Of a stretch of 64,000 nt of DNA, positions 25,656-39,619 are shown piece after piece. Under the pieces are notes generated by a model, which was not told the DNA's origin, did no database searches, and was given only the letters and a program-made list of their open reading frames with translations. Within the stretch, counting starts at the first letter, position 1, and each line of letters opens with the position of its first letter. A program made the translations under genes and the position numbers. This DNA is from Octopus vulgaris (Eukaryota), in the NCBI GenBank assembly GCA_951406725.2, contig OX597818.1:32364001-32428000 (forward strand), in the 5' to 3' direction.

Positions 25656-25952
25656 TTTCGGTCTTCGGAGAAGATTCCTTCTACTTCAGTACGATGCCAA
25701 AAAGTCAGGATGTTGTTGAAGGTTCTGACTTAACGATCAAATGTGATGTATCCGACCGGCAACATATCGTTTTCCAGTGGATGTTTCGTAGCAAGATTTT
25801 ATCTAATACAAGTCGACGTTTTCAAGACAACAGCAACCTACGGATTTTACGAGTCAGTCAAGAAGATGACAACGGCCCATTTACATGCATTGCCACCAAT
25901 GTAACCACAGGTTTTTCCTTACAGAGTTCGAATGCTCGTCTCAACATTCAAT
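25656..25952 (+). CDS. PTK7: Internal coding exon, first Ig-like domain of an inactive tyrosine-protein kinase 7 (PTK7/off-track/CCK4)-like receptor
   Basis: Pyrimidine-rich acceptor (ttttcttctcgttttag, AG at 25654-25655) and donor GTAAGT at 25953. 297 nt, phase 1-1, open frame SVFGEDSFYFSTMPKSQDVVEGSDLTIKCDV...FQW...NTSRRFQDNSNLRILRV...DNGPFTCIATNVTTGFSLQSSNARLNIQ(W). Has Ig Cys/Trp/DxGxFxC motifs and matches recalled vertebrate PTK7 Ig1 (F..QP.SQD...G...L.C.V, TERRF..GS.L, DSG.FQC.A...VTG...S.NA..NIKW). The last nucleotide T fits a split TGG codon. Confidence 0.9.
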
Positions 25953-25999
25953 GTAAGTAACGCAAAAACTACTATGTTATCTATATTTGCATTTGGGTA

Positions 26000-26222
26000 T
26001 GCGGGTGGTGGTGGTGAAAAGTTCTTGGCTTTAAGGGTGTCGCGAAAAATCTGGCTGCAGACCCAACCTTCTGAGTTCTTTTACTAGGCTTAGATAAACA
26101 GAAAGACCTCTGCAATAACTATATGAATTTTAGGGGAGAATATGTTGAATGAACATAAATAACTAATCCTCCTGTATTTTCTTTTATCCAAAGCCAGGAA
26201 CTTTTCATCTCCCTCCCTCGTA
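26000..26222 (+). mobile_element. Mariner-derived MITE (~220 bp)
   Basis: Inverted ends gaaaagttcttggcttt / aaagccaggaacttttc. Internal aggggagaatatgttgaa encodes RGEYVE, a mariner transposase C-terminus. A second copy lies at 51565-51785. Confidence 0.78.
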
Positions 26223-29200
26223 ACTACCGATTTGGGAAGGGTGTCAGCTATAGTATTTCCTTGGTCTCACGCCACTGTTTAATAAAATACTTAATTTCAG
26301 AAAATGGTACTCTATAAACGGTGGCTATAGTTGTTTGTGTGTGTATGTATATGTGTGAATTGATACCATATATTTACTACATACGAACGTGTGTGAGCCT
26401 CTGTGTAATTAATTATGTTTCTCTCGCCTGTGCGATGGCATATTTTTAAAATCATTTCAATTTCGAATACCAGCTAAATTATAGTGATCTTTGGCCTTTT
26501 AAAAACTTCCCTACAATAGCATGTCTACGAATATGTCATATAAAATTAGTCCACAATAGCCTTCATGGCTTGCAGGCTTACACGATATCATTCGTTAATT
26601 CAGTTTCATCTAATTATATATAAAATTGAATTCCGCAATGTGGCTATTAATTTCCGGCCAACCTAGTTACGGATGCAGTTTCGATTCCAACTTACATCTA
26701 CTTAAACTTTCGATGGTAATATTATTTCTAGGTGAGAAGACTAGATACCATATAATTACTATATACCATTCCTTTGATAACCCTATGTAACATGTGCTAA
26801 TCTATCCTACAACACATTGCAACATACTTATTTCGTATATTTCTTACGCTAATTTGCACCAGAATTAAATAGCATTATACTTAAAGTGAAATATCTGAAG
26901 ACGTTATGCCCATGTCTAGAGCGTTTCTGTCCAATAAAATCGATATATGCAAGTCTTAAACTTCGACAAGTGGGAATTAACAGGCGCTGCATACTAATTA
27001 TACTTAATTACTGGCATTAGTACATTCTTATGGTGAAGCTGGGACAGTTTTCCTTGCTATTTGCAACTTTGAAATATTTGAAATTCATCTCAAGCACATG
27101 ATGCAGTAGTATTTATGCTAGCAATTTCTCCTTAACACTTGGAAGAAACTACTTTAAGGATCTCGTCAAGCATTGACATGTATCACAAAGTCGAGTTCCT
27201 GGTAATGTATGCAAAATTCTAACACAATATCACTTAGTTACACGAAACTCACTGGATCTGGGAGGCTATTTTTATTGAGGTTTGATAAAATAACTGACTG
27301 TGAGACACACACTCACACAATCACAACACACATAATCACGCCTACAAACGGCACAATGACGAGAGAAACACTATGCAAGAAATAGTAATGAAGCTTAGCC
27401 TAAATAAACCGTCTTAAGAAAAAAACCAGTTAGATAGTGCAGTCCTAGATACCCATTAAAACCAAAGGTTTCATAGGCAGAATGCCTTTAAAAATATTTC
27501 TGTTCGATTAGCCTTCTCTTTGAAGTGGAATAACAAAGCTCATGCATATGCACAAACACACACACACAAACACATACACACATTCATGTGATACACATTC
27601 ATATCATTCTACTGCAAAAATAATTGCTTATTGAATAAGAATATGTCCTTTTTATTTGAAACCTATACTTTTTCTGAAACTTATTTTATTGTTACTAGTG
27701 GTAGGTATCAAATGCAAGGTTTTTCACTGGAATTTGAACAAAAAGAAAACTATCTTTGGTCATGAATTTCAGTTTATTTGGGATATATGTATTTCGATTG
27801 TCTTGCCCACGGAGAGTGTATGCTACCTATCTTAATTGAATTTCTGATTTGAATTACCTGCATGTTCCTAACTCGCTAATGCAAAGAATCCAAGGTTAGA
27901 AATCTGAAGAGTATATCCGGTCAATTTAGAAAAATTGGAGTGTGCCCAGGAATTTAGAAATCCTTTCGTATCGTCAGCCGGACTTAAATCATTTCAGATT
28001 ATTATGTGAGAATTCTAAGAGCTGACTAATATTGTTTCTTCGATGAGAGTTATTCACAAGCAATATTTTCTGGAGATTGTTTATAATTAGCAAATAATTG
28101 AACAATTTCAATTATTGTAAATAACTTACATCCTAATTTGTATTCAACATTCTTAAGCTCATCTACGCTTCACATACTCCGTAGAATTGTCTTAATCTGC
28201 AGACATAACTATTACCTTTTGACTGATGAACAAATATGGACGAAATAAGAAAGGAAGCGATTATTATATTTCTATTTCATCACAACACTGACAATCAGAA
28301 GAATATTTACTATATCTTGTTCAATTATTTATAACTAGGGGGCTTTCATTTATAATATAGTCCTGCACCGAACATACGCAATGTCATTCAATATTGTAGG
28401 TGTGAAATACCATCGTAAAACTAGGTTGTTTATGGCGAAAAAGCATAATTTTTCTGGATCAGAAAGTTAAAGTGTGTATGTGAAGTGTCTGGTTAATCAA
28501 CTATAAAATAAAATTTCTCTTCGATATCAGACAAAAGGCTACATTTCTTTTTGTTTTGTTTTGCAGTTCTCTCAAATATTTTTCCTATGATTTATCCTGG
28601 AGTTAGTGCTTTTAGCAATGTTTTGGTGTTTCTAGTGAAGAATCTTGACAAGTCACTCACCTGTATAATGGAAATTCTAAAACCAGTTAATGACGAGTGG
28701 TTTTCATTTGTCTTTGTCATGACTATTACTACGGTTTACATCATCTCCTTCATCACTGCTGCTACCGACCATTGTTGTCGCTAATGTTTGCATCGATTGA
28801 CTTGGCTGTAAAAGAAATATGATTTCAATTAGAAGACCGAGAATTTAATGCGGTTTTCATTCAATGGAAATAGCTTCCCGTCTTCAATGACTAATTTTAT
28901 GGTGAATATAAGAAACTAATTTGTTTCTTATAGGGCAAGCTTCGTCAGAAGTCGTCTGTTATCGGCATGTCAACATGTCATTAATATCTAAGCGAAGTAC
29001 TTGAACTCAATGGCTATGGTTTGCAGTAATCTTACTCGATAGAAGCATTGTTTAGATGTTTGATTCAGACTTTATTCATTGAAAGTGAAGTAAATATAGT
29101 CAAGTTACATATAATTAAGATTTTCCTCGGGAATTTGAGGACGAGAAATTAATATAAAAAGAAAACGCTCATATTTATACTTCAGTTGATCGAACAACTG

Positions 29201-29697
29201 GACACTAACACGTCGTTTTCGACGATATCATTCAGCATATGCATATATATGTATATATGTACGTATTCACGAATGTATATAGGTTGGTATGTGCATATGA
29301 ATTTGTTTGCATTTAACCCAATCTATACATGTATACAAATTTGCCTCAAATTACATATATTGGTTTATAAAACACACACGGAAATGCATAGGAGTTTCAC
29401 GGGAGGTGCTCCCATTTGTGCACTTTCACGCACACACACTCACACACACACTCACATATACACAAATGCGTACGCACATTCTCATGCACGTATACATAAT
29501 AATCTATTCTCTGCTCTGTTATTGTGTACGAAACACGTAGCACATGACTATGCATACCCACACACACACTGACAGATTCATTGCAAAGTCGTACAAAGAT
29601 AGATATTGAATAGTACATCGATAATGTATGTATGTATATGCATATGTCTGTATATATGTATGAATAAATAAATATATATATATATATATATATATAA

Positions 29698-29880
29698 CGG
29701 GAAAGTTTATGAAAATAAACAAAAGACGAGTACAAACAAACAAAAGTATTAGTATAGCGCTCAGGAATAGAAATAGAAAAAGTCTTTTACGTTTCGAGCC
29801 TACGCTCTTCGACAGAAAGATACACAGAAAAAAACGAGAGAAAAAAATGCGTGTAGGGGCTAACGATCTATCATGGCATC
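29698..29880 (-). mobile_element. Hammerhead-bearing element, subfamily 1
   Basis: Reverse complement of 1700-1881. Its 3' end abuts (TA)n at 29672-29697. Confidence 0.75.
29783..29820 (-). ncRNA. Minimal hammerhead ribozyme-like motif (CUGUCGA core variant)
   Basis: Reverse complement reads ucuuu-CUGUCGA-a-GAGC(guag)GCUC-GAAACGUA-aaaga. Confidence 0.6.
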
Positions 29881-29987
29881 CTATGTATATGAAATAAATA
29901 TTGAATAGTACATCGATAATGTGTGTATGTATATGCGTATGCATGTGTATATGTATATGCATGTGTATATGTATGTATGTATGTATG

Positions 29988-30019
<32 letters not shown>

Positions 30020-30104
30020 TGTATGTATGTATATGTATATATATATATATACATGCATATATACGCACATACATACATAGGGATAAAGATAGATAGATAC
30101 ATAC

Positions 30105-30154
<50 letters not shown>

Positions 30155-30711
30155 GCATACATACATACATACATACATGCATTATCGATGTACTATTCAA
30201 CATTTATTTCGTATAACGTTGTATCACATTAGTGAATCTACTGACATTTTAAGTAATCCAATCGGCAATCTTGAAAGACCTTCGAAATTACACTAAAACT
30301 CATTTTAGCTATATTTTTTAAAGTGCCTGATAGACAGAAAAATAATGATAGTCTTTGATCAGAGAGTGAGAGAGAGAGGGGATAGAGAGAAAATAACCAG
30401 TCAATAACTTCATCATCGTCCACCATCACCACCATCACCACCATCACCACCATCATCATTAACAACACCCTATTCAACAACAATAAACTCCTCTACAGCT
30501 TTCAGTTTACCAGACAACACCAGCATCCAACGAGCACAACGAATTTAATTAAACTAATTACTCGGTATGTTATTAACTCATTAAATGTCATATCCTCAGT
30601 ATTTGTAACACCTCTCTCCTCACCCTTTTTCTCTCTTCTCCTTTCACTTATCTTGCATACGAACGTTTCACATCTTTTCGATCTCTTCCCAATCTCTGTC
30701 ACTTCTCATCT

Positions 30712-31003
<292 letters not shown>

Positions 31004-32358
31004 ATCTTTATCGTTTGCCTCCTTTCATTTTTCCTTGTCTTCTCTTCATTCTTGTCTTGTACAAATTCTTCATTACTGAAGTAACTAACGCTTATCTTTT
31101 TGTTTTTCTTTCCTCTGTAGAATCCCCCTCTTTTCTTCCTTCCCTCATATTTCGTTTCACCTCACACTTTTTCCACTTATATTTTTCCTTTCATCTCACG
31201 CTCTTAATGATTTAATCTTTAGTTTTTTAGTTCATTCATGCATTTCTTCTTTTCCGCTCATCTCTGCATTTGCTCTTCACGTTCCTCTTCGTGGTAATTG
31301 TTTTAAGCTCGAAATGTTTTAGGTCTTTTTTCGTTCTATGAAGACATAAATTAAACGTGCACGTACCCCACCCCCAGTGTAATTGTTGGAATGACGCACA
31401 TGTGGACACTCCCTCACGAACCACACACATACACACATGCAAACGTACGAAGTCAGCAGTGACATTTTTGTATGTCTTGTGTATCTGAAAGAACTAGAAC
31501 GACTGGTTTCGTGTCTCAATCTGCTTATTCCCTAATATTTAGATCATAAACTCCAACTTAAGCTCAACGTATTCGTGCCTCAGCAAGGCCTCAAGTATGG
31601 TGTGTACATGGTTCTTTCGATTTTTTAAGTAGTCGAACATGTCCTATGAATTAAATATCTGACAACTAAGTTTTCTGTTTCATACTCAGAACTGTACCTG
31701 TTATGCTATTTGTCAGAAGAATGATCTAACATAATGTATATCTTAAGGAAAGATTCGACATGTTATGTATTCTCCGATGACTAATTTGATGTAAATACTT
31801 TACCAGAATGGACGTCCCAGATAGTATACACATTTTCTTGAATCTTTAAAAGCCATAAATCTGGAGTAGTCTACCGATATGGAAAACCAGATGGCTTAAA
31901 TAATCGTATGCTACATGTAAGAGTAGTACATGTATCGATCGGAAATATCAAAGAGCGATATTATGAATATTAAGATGAGACTTTCATTTATGTACCTATA
32001 ACATCTGGAGAATCATACTACAGCCGTGAATTGATTAAATTTCTTGGAGGTACAAAAAACATTTGACCAGTAATTAAGAGTGCTTAGGAACGAAAACTTA
32101 CTATGTAAAGTAATGAAATATTGTTCTTCTGTATATATTTTAGTTCTAAGAAGGTTAAGTTTCATTACAGTCTTCATTGCTTTTAATCCGTTCCATCAAC
32201 GTATTGATCAAAATTTGTATAGCATGGAATTTAGTTTCGTGCTTTAAACATTTTCTTCAATAGGTAGTCAAAAATTAAAACTGAGGCACAATGTCAAAAT
32301 CTATAAGAGAAATCGTATCTTTTGTAATTCGTAAGAGATTTTGGGTATATTTATATAT

Positions 32359-32525
32359 ATACGACGGGCTTCTTTCAGTTTCCGTCTACCAAATCCACTC
32401 ACAAGGCTTTGGTCGGCCCGAGGCTATAGTAGAAGACACTTGCCCAAGGTGCCACGCAGTAGGACTGAACCCGGAACCATGTGGTTGGTAAACAAGCTAC
32501 TTACTACACAGCCACTCCTACGCCT
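32359..32525 (-). mobile_element. SINE family A, 5' half only, little diverged
   Basis: Head through gaagcccgtcg, then ends in (TA)n. Confidence 0.9.
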
Positions 32526-33221
32526 ATATAAAAATAATAAGTTCTTTTACATCTCTACTCTTTATTAATGAGAATACTAAACAGACCTAAAATACATGCG
32601 ATTATCTTTTATTCGCTATGGTGATGGGCAAATTTATAAAACTGAAGCTACATCATACAATATCGTGCTAATTTTTCCACACCCTTTTCAGTCGAAATAA
32701 TGCCCCTATGAGAAGCCATGTTCAATGGTCCTTGCGCTTGACTATTATGATATTGATTTCTTGGTTAGGTAGAACCATTGTTCAACGAGTAAAGAATAGA
32801 ACTGTGGATAAAAACAACCGCCATATAGTTTGTTTTTTTTTGTTTTGGTGGGATGATAACAAAAGCTGTTGCTTGAGGAATTTGATATCGGAGTGTATAG
32901 AAATTGGGATCTAATTAATAGTATTTAGGCATCTTTACTACGTATTTATGAAACTTAGATTTCTGTATTAAATGAAGCGATTTGAAGTGGTTTGCGCTCT
33001 CGTTTCTCATAAATCGTAGACAGAAAAATAACAAAAGGTTCTACGCAGACAGAGAAAGCTAATTATACACCATCACAGACACATAGATCAACATACATAT
33101 TCAGATCAACACAGATCGAGCAGATCAACGTATAATCAAATATAGTCCAAAGCGAGCAATCACTTTCTGGGTAATCATCTAGCACTAATTTACGAATTTA
33201 AGGCAATACTGATTGAATTTA

Positions 33222-33613
33222 TACTCTTTTACTTGTTTCAGTCATTTGACTGCGGCCATGCTGGAGCACCGCCTTTAGTCGAACAAATCGACCCCGGGAC
33301 TTATTCCTTGTAAGCCCAGTACTTATTCTATCGGTCTCTTTTGCCGAACCGCTAAGTGACGGGGACGTAAACACATCAGCATCGGTTGTCAAGCAATGCT
33401 AGGGGGACAAACACAGACACACAAACATATACATATACATACATATATACGACGGGCTTCTTTCAGTTTCCGTCTACCAAATCCACTCACAAGGCTTTGG
33501 TTGGCCCGAGGCTATAGTTGAAGACACTTGCCCATGATGCTACGCAGTGGGACTGAACCCGGAGCCATGTGGTTGGTAAGCAAGCTACTTACCACACAGC
33601 CACTCCTGCGCCT
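33222..33613 (-). mobile_element. SINE family A, full-length
   Basis: Pol III A box (tggctgtgtgg) and B box (ggttcagtccc) on -, internal microsatellite, tail caagtaaaagagta. Confidence 0.93.
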
Positions 33614-33945
33614 ATGTTGCTGTTTATTGCAATTCGAGCATTCATATAGTCACCTTCAGCTCATATGCATAAATACTCATGTGCAATGACAAACTTTAAA
33701 TTGTGTCGAACAATTGAAAGAGGGGTGCCCAGAATATGTTGTAGAGCATATGGCTTATTGAGGCTATTTACTTACCACACGATTTAAGTAGCATGTCTCT
33801 GTAAGGTATAAAAGGTTCTCGCTTTTAAGATCGAGGTGGCATGAAATTCGAACCGCGAGAGAAATACTGAGTTTCAATAATTATACAAACATACATACGT
33901 ACATACATATGTATTTATGAGAGCGTGAGAGAGAGAGAACGAGAG

Positions 33946-33984
<39 letters not shown>

Positions 33985-34409
33985 GCTGGACATATAAGTG
34001 GGTAGAGGGATAAATTGAAGTCAAAGCATAACAGCGACCAGACCAAATAATTTTCAGAGACATAATGGAAAAACATGTTCAGGTTTCACTTTTTTCATAT
34101 ACAGTGACAAGTAATGTCATCCTGACCGGATTTATTTTCAAATAGAAATCCGCGGAAGAAATTCATACATACGTACGTACATACATACACACACGCACAC
34201 ACATACATACATACATACATACATTCATACATACATATATATTTGTATATGTATGTATATATATATATATATATATATACTTATACATAGGTATATACGT
34301 ATATATATATTTATACATAGGTATATACGTATATATATATTTATACATATGTATATACGTATATATATATTTATACATATGTATATATATATATATATTT
34401 ATACATATG

Positions 34410-34481
<72 letters not shown>

Positions 34482-35266
34482 TATATGGGAATTTGTATAC
34501 GTATGTATATATATATATATACATAAATATATATATATGGAATTTGTATACGTATGTATATCTATCTATTTATATACATATATATATATACATACATACA
34601 TTATATATATATATGTATACATACATGTATATATATGTGTGTATATATATATATATACATACATATATATATGTGTGTATATATATATATATACAAAGTT
34701 CAAATCCTATTACCAGCTGTTGTTTCTATTTAATCGACTTAACTGGCGCCAGGATGCCAGTTGGAGCCTTGAACGTTGTTGAAATATCCAGCGAATTTTC
34801 AACAGTAGCTGCCCTTAGATCATTGGCAACGACCATAAAAATAGCGCTTGAGTTGTAAGGTTCACGCACTGTGATAGCAAGCAGCCAGTAAATATATGAC
34901 GGAATGAGTCCTCTTAGTATTTTAGTATGTTGATAAGTAAGGTCAGACCAATTTGCTAAACTGGGGTTAAGTTACAAAATATTCAATTTATTTACTTATA
35001 CAGTATACATGCTATATCTTACCGTACGAATACGCGCGCTCACACACAGAGATAGAGACACAGATACAGGGAAATAAACTCTTATGCACAAATGAATGTA
35101 ATAAAATGGAGGAAATATATGAAAGTATGTGTGTGCGCACGCGTTTACCATCCGGGTGTTTATAAACACATATGCTAGAGAGGGGGGAAAATATGTGTCA
35201 AATATGAGTGTGTGTGAGGCGTACACAGATGGGTGTATATTTCGCTCAACGTATACGTATACTATA

Positions 35267-35674
35267 CAGGAGTGGCTGTGTGGTAAGTAGCTTGTTTACC
35301 AACCACATGGTTCCGGGTTCAGTCCCACTGCGTGGCACCTTGGGCAAGTGTCTTCTACTATAGCCTCGGGCCGACCAAAGCCTTGTGGGTGGATTTGGTA
35401 GACGGAAACTGAAAGAAGCCCGTCGTATATATGTATATATATATATGTATATGTGTGTGTTTGTGTGTCTGTGTTTGTCCACCTAGCATTGCTTGAAAAT
35501 CGATGCTGGTGTGTTTATGTCCCCGTTACTTAGCGGTTCGGCAAAAGAGACCGATAGAATAAGTACTGGGCTTACAAAAGAATAAGTCCCGGGGTCGAGT
35601 TGCTCGATTAAAGGCGGTGCTCCAGCATGGCCGCAGTCAAATGACTGAAACAAGTAAAAGGGTAAAGAGAGAGT
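35267..35674 (+). mobile_element. SINE family A, full-length (tRNA-derived, CORE-like gcaccttgggcaagt block)
   Basis: A and B boxes, CORE-SINE-like motif (recalled similarity to the MIR core), internal (TA)(TG) tract, A-rich repeated tail. Confidence 0.93.
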
Positions 35675-36002
35675 ATGAGTGCACTATTTCTGTACGCATA
35701 GGGCGTGTGTTTATATCAATTACGATACTCGCATGCAAATATATAGGATGGTTCAGAAATTTCTGTATGTGAGGTTGTGGGTTCGATTCGTATACCGGGT
35801 AACATCAATTAATTCTCGTCCAGGCAATCCAGTTATGATAGATACCAGCTGGATGCTACAGTAGACTACTCTCCACTTAGTTGCCATTTCCAAGATTGTG
35901 TCTTTTACGTCTCAGGGCTACACAAGCACCTAAAAAACACCAGCGAAAGCATGGTACACGCAACCAATTAATTGTCGATTCCTGATGCCATATATAAACG
36001 TG

Positions 36003-36384
36003 TGTTTCAGTCATTTGACTACGGCCATGCTGGAGCACCGCCTTTAATCGAGCAACTCGACCCCGGGACTTATTCTTTTTGTAAGCCCAGTACTTATTCT
36101 ATCGGTCTCTTTTTGCCGAACCGCTAAGTGACGGGGATTTAAACGCACCAGCAATGCCAAGCAATGCTAGGGGAACAAACACAGACACACATACATATAT
36201 ATATATATATACATATAAACGACAGGCTTCTTTCAGTTTCCGTCTACCAAATCCACTCACAAGGCATTGGTCGGCCCGGGGCTATAGCAGAAGACACTTG
36301 CCCAAGATGCCACGCAGTGGGACTGAACATGGAACCATGTGGTTGGTTAGCAAGCTACTTACCACACAGCCACTCCTGCGCCTA
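36003..36384 (-). mobile_element. SINE family A, near full-length, subfamily 2
   Basis: Colinear with 42377-42796 and shares its diagnostic positions. Confidence 0.93.
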
Positions 36385-37187
36385 TGTGTGTGTATTTGTC
36401 TCGTATCTAGTCTTTCTCATTCGCAAAATGATCCCCACTTAATTTTGCTCAGACTGCTTTCAATTTTGGTGCATCGATGCAACTCTGAATTTTGATTACC
36501 ATCAACCAATTACTTTATCTCGTAAATTAAAGAATCTGATGTTATTTGGAATTAAAGTTGGGGAAATTTAGGTAACTTGAGCCAATTAACAGACAACGTG
36601 GCATTAGCAGTTTGTCACCATGACAACCGCACAATGCGTTATGTCTCACTGTCGTCTACCGCCGTTGTCTATGTTGATTTTTCACACTTGATTCTCCGCA
36701 CCACGAAATTCTTTTCACCCGCGTGTTTTGTTTTAATTTTTCTGTGTGTTAGTATAATACATATTTTTATGTGCTTCTGAGTGTTAGTATTTTTCTGTGT
36801 GCTAGTATTTTTTCATATATTTCATTTCGTATATTTTTGGGACTCATTGACTCAGATAGCTGGATTTATGATTTCACTAGGTTGATTCTATTCATAACAA
36901 TTTAAATTAAGAGTATTTCTTAAACCGTTAGCTTCACATTTCAACAGCTAAACCGAAATTTAGCCCACCGTAAAAGGAACTGAGAGGGATATCGTGGAAC
37001 AGAGGAACCGTGGGTGATACAGATGATTTGACATTATTTTTGAATTCTGCATGCAAAAACATACAAGATACAGGTATTCTCTTCCTTGGCAGAAATTCTT
37101 TGTTGACCAGTGTTATTCTTATCGTAGTTTACAAATCCAAGCATGAGAACGTTAGTCAACTTTGAAATTTTGGAGACAGACGTCACC

Positions 37188-37261
<74 letters not shown>

Positions 37262-37769
37262 CACACACACACACACACTTATATAAACGATGTACACAAA
37301 TACATGATAAATATACATTATACTGAAATACGCATAAAGTAAAACACATACAGACAAATATATTAATATAACAAATTTAAAAAATAATAAATAAATACAA
37401 TCAATGAAGAGATAAAAGAAACAGTAAGATGATACATGTTGATTTTATTAGGTATTTCTGTTTATTTAGAAGCCATCAATGAACAGGTCAGACGCTGAAC
37501 TATAAATTTCACAGGGTACAACCTTAAAGTTGACACCGCTCCGCTAAGCGCAGAAAATTTCTGTCTCCATATGGTCTAAAAATACACAGTTTTTTCGATA
37601 TTTAACCCTCTGTAACTTTTTACTCCAATTTTTATTTCTCCATAACATAATACATCCAAAGCAATGAGACTGGAAGACTACACAGTTATAGTCGATTTTC
37701 AAAATTTTTTCTTTCCTTTTAAAAAGTGCATATTTTGCGAATGAAAAAAAAAACTAGATGCTTTGTCCC

Positions 37770-37930
37770 TTTGTGTTTGAGATGTATTCGTTCCCACAAC
37801 CACTTAACAGTTGCTGTTGGTGTGTTAACATACCTGTAACTCAGCGATTAGGCAAAGAGAGACTGATGGTTTAAAACTAAGAACTGGGCACGATTTGCTC
37901 GTTTAAACTCATTAAGGCGGTGCACCAGCA
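37770..37930 (+). mobile_element. SINE family A, 3' half, diverged
   Basis: gttggtgtgtt...gtaactcagcg...ggcaaagagagac...aaggcggtgcaccagca. Confidence 0.65.
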
Positions 37931-37958
37931 ACGCTGGTGTTCAAGCATTGAAACAAGC

Positions 37959-38013
<55 letters not shown>

Positions 38014-38060
38014 TCGCAGGCACGCGCACATACATAGATTAATAGATAGATGTATATACG

Positions 38061-38099
<39 letters not shown>

Positions 38100-38359
38100 G
38101 TACGTATATATATGGATATATGTATATATGTACGTATATATATATATATATGTGTGTATACATGTGTGTGTGTATATGTCTGTATGTATATATATGTATA
38201 TATATATATTTATATATACATATTTATACATATATATATATATATACGAATGTATATATGTATGTATATACATATATATATATATATGTATGTATATCTT
38301 TTACTTGTTTCGGTCATTAGATTCAGGTCATACTGGGATACCGCCTCTGTATGAGTGTG

Positions 38360-38391
<32 letters not shown>

Positions 38392-39059
38392 TGTATGCAT
38401 GCATGCATGCATGTATGCATGTGTACTTGTACAAAAGCACTTACGGTATATTGTGCCAGTTTTAATACAATGAATATTCTCTCATCTTTTGACATGACAT
38501 TTTTCTGAAATACATAAAAAAATATACACATTAAAAAAAACCGTCTTTTAAGACAATGAATATTATCTCGCTTTCCTATAATGACACATTTCTATTCTGT
38601 ATAAAACAATATCTATTATCAAAAGCCATTGACAGCAAACTAGAAAAGATTATTACTGAATAATATATGAAAAGAAAACTATAGTTAAACGAAGTATATA
38701 TATATTTATTATGAGACATTTTAATAATCCTGTATTGTTGTGATGTCACGTACTCATTTTTTCTAAAGCTACAGTGGATACATGAGCGGCACACATATAT
38801 TGTTAATCCTTATTTTTTTTGCTGCTTATACGCATGTATATATAATGCCATATTAAATATATTTAAATGTATACGTTTTCATACGTATGTACAGTCAGGT
38901 ATAATCTATCACTCATCTGAAAGATAAAGTAATTGGTAGGTTGATTGAGGAAAGGACATAGACGGAAAAAAGAGAGAGAGGCATATATGGATGGATGTAC
39001 GGATAGGTCACATGATCCTGAAGTGGAGGGCAGTACTCTATTTTTTCGCAACGGATCTA

Positions 39060-39092
<33 letters not shown>

Positions 39093-39223
39093 TTATCTGT
39101 CTGTTTGTCTGATTTTTGATCGAAAAAGTTGACTGTGACTTCAAAACTTCAAAGTCACGGTTAAACTTCATTTCCTTGTAGAACTTGAACGGATGTGATA
39201 GTCTGTGTAATCCTTCAATTAAG

Positions 39224-39327
<104 letters not shown>

Positions 39328-39459
39328 TCTTTGCTCTTTTACTGTATGTAAAACATGCATAAATATTTATTTATAGATAAATAGATAGAGGAATATCGGC
39401 TTGCTAGATAGTTAGACAAAAGCGAGTTAGAGAGAGAGAGATATACCTATGCATCGTTT

Positions 39460-39490
<31 letters not shown>

Positions 39491-39493
39491 GAT

Positions 39494-39524
<31 letters not shown>

Positions 39525-39563
39525 GAAGAGAGAGACACACACACACACACACACGGAGAAGTA

Positions 39564-39619
<56 letters not shown>

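Noticed and set aside
27870-27965. Possible Tc1/mariner SPDLNPLD-like remnant on -
   Set aside because: Too degenerate, needs several edits, and no TIRs were found.
28915-28955. CUGACGA...GAAAC on -
   Set aside because: No stem II or stem I pairing and no GUH cleavage triplet.
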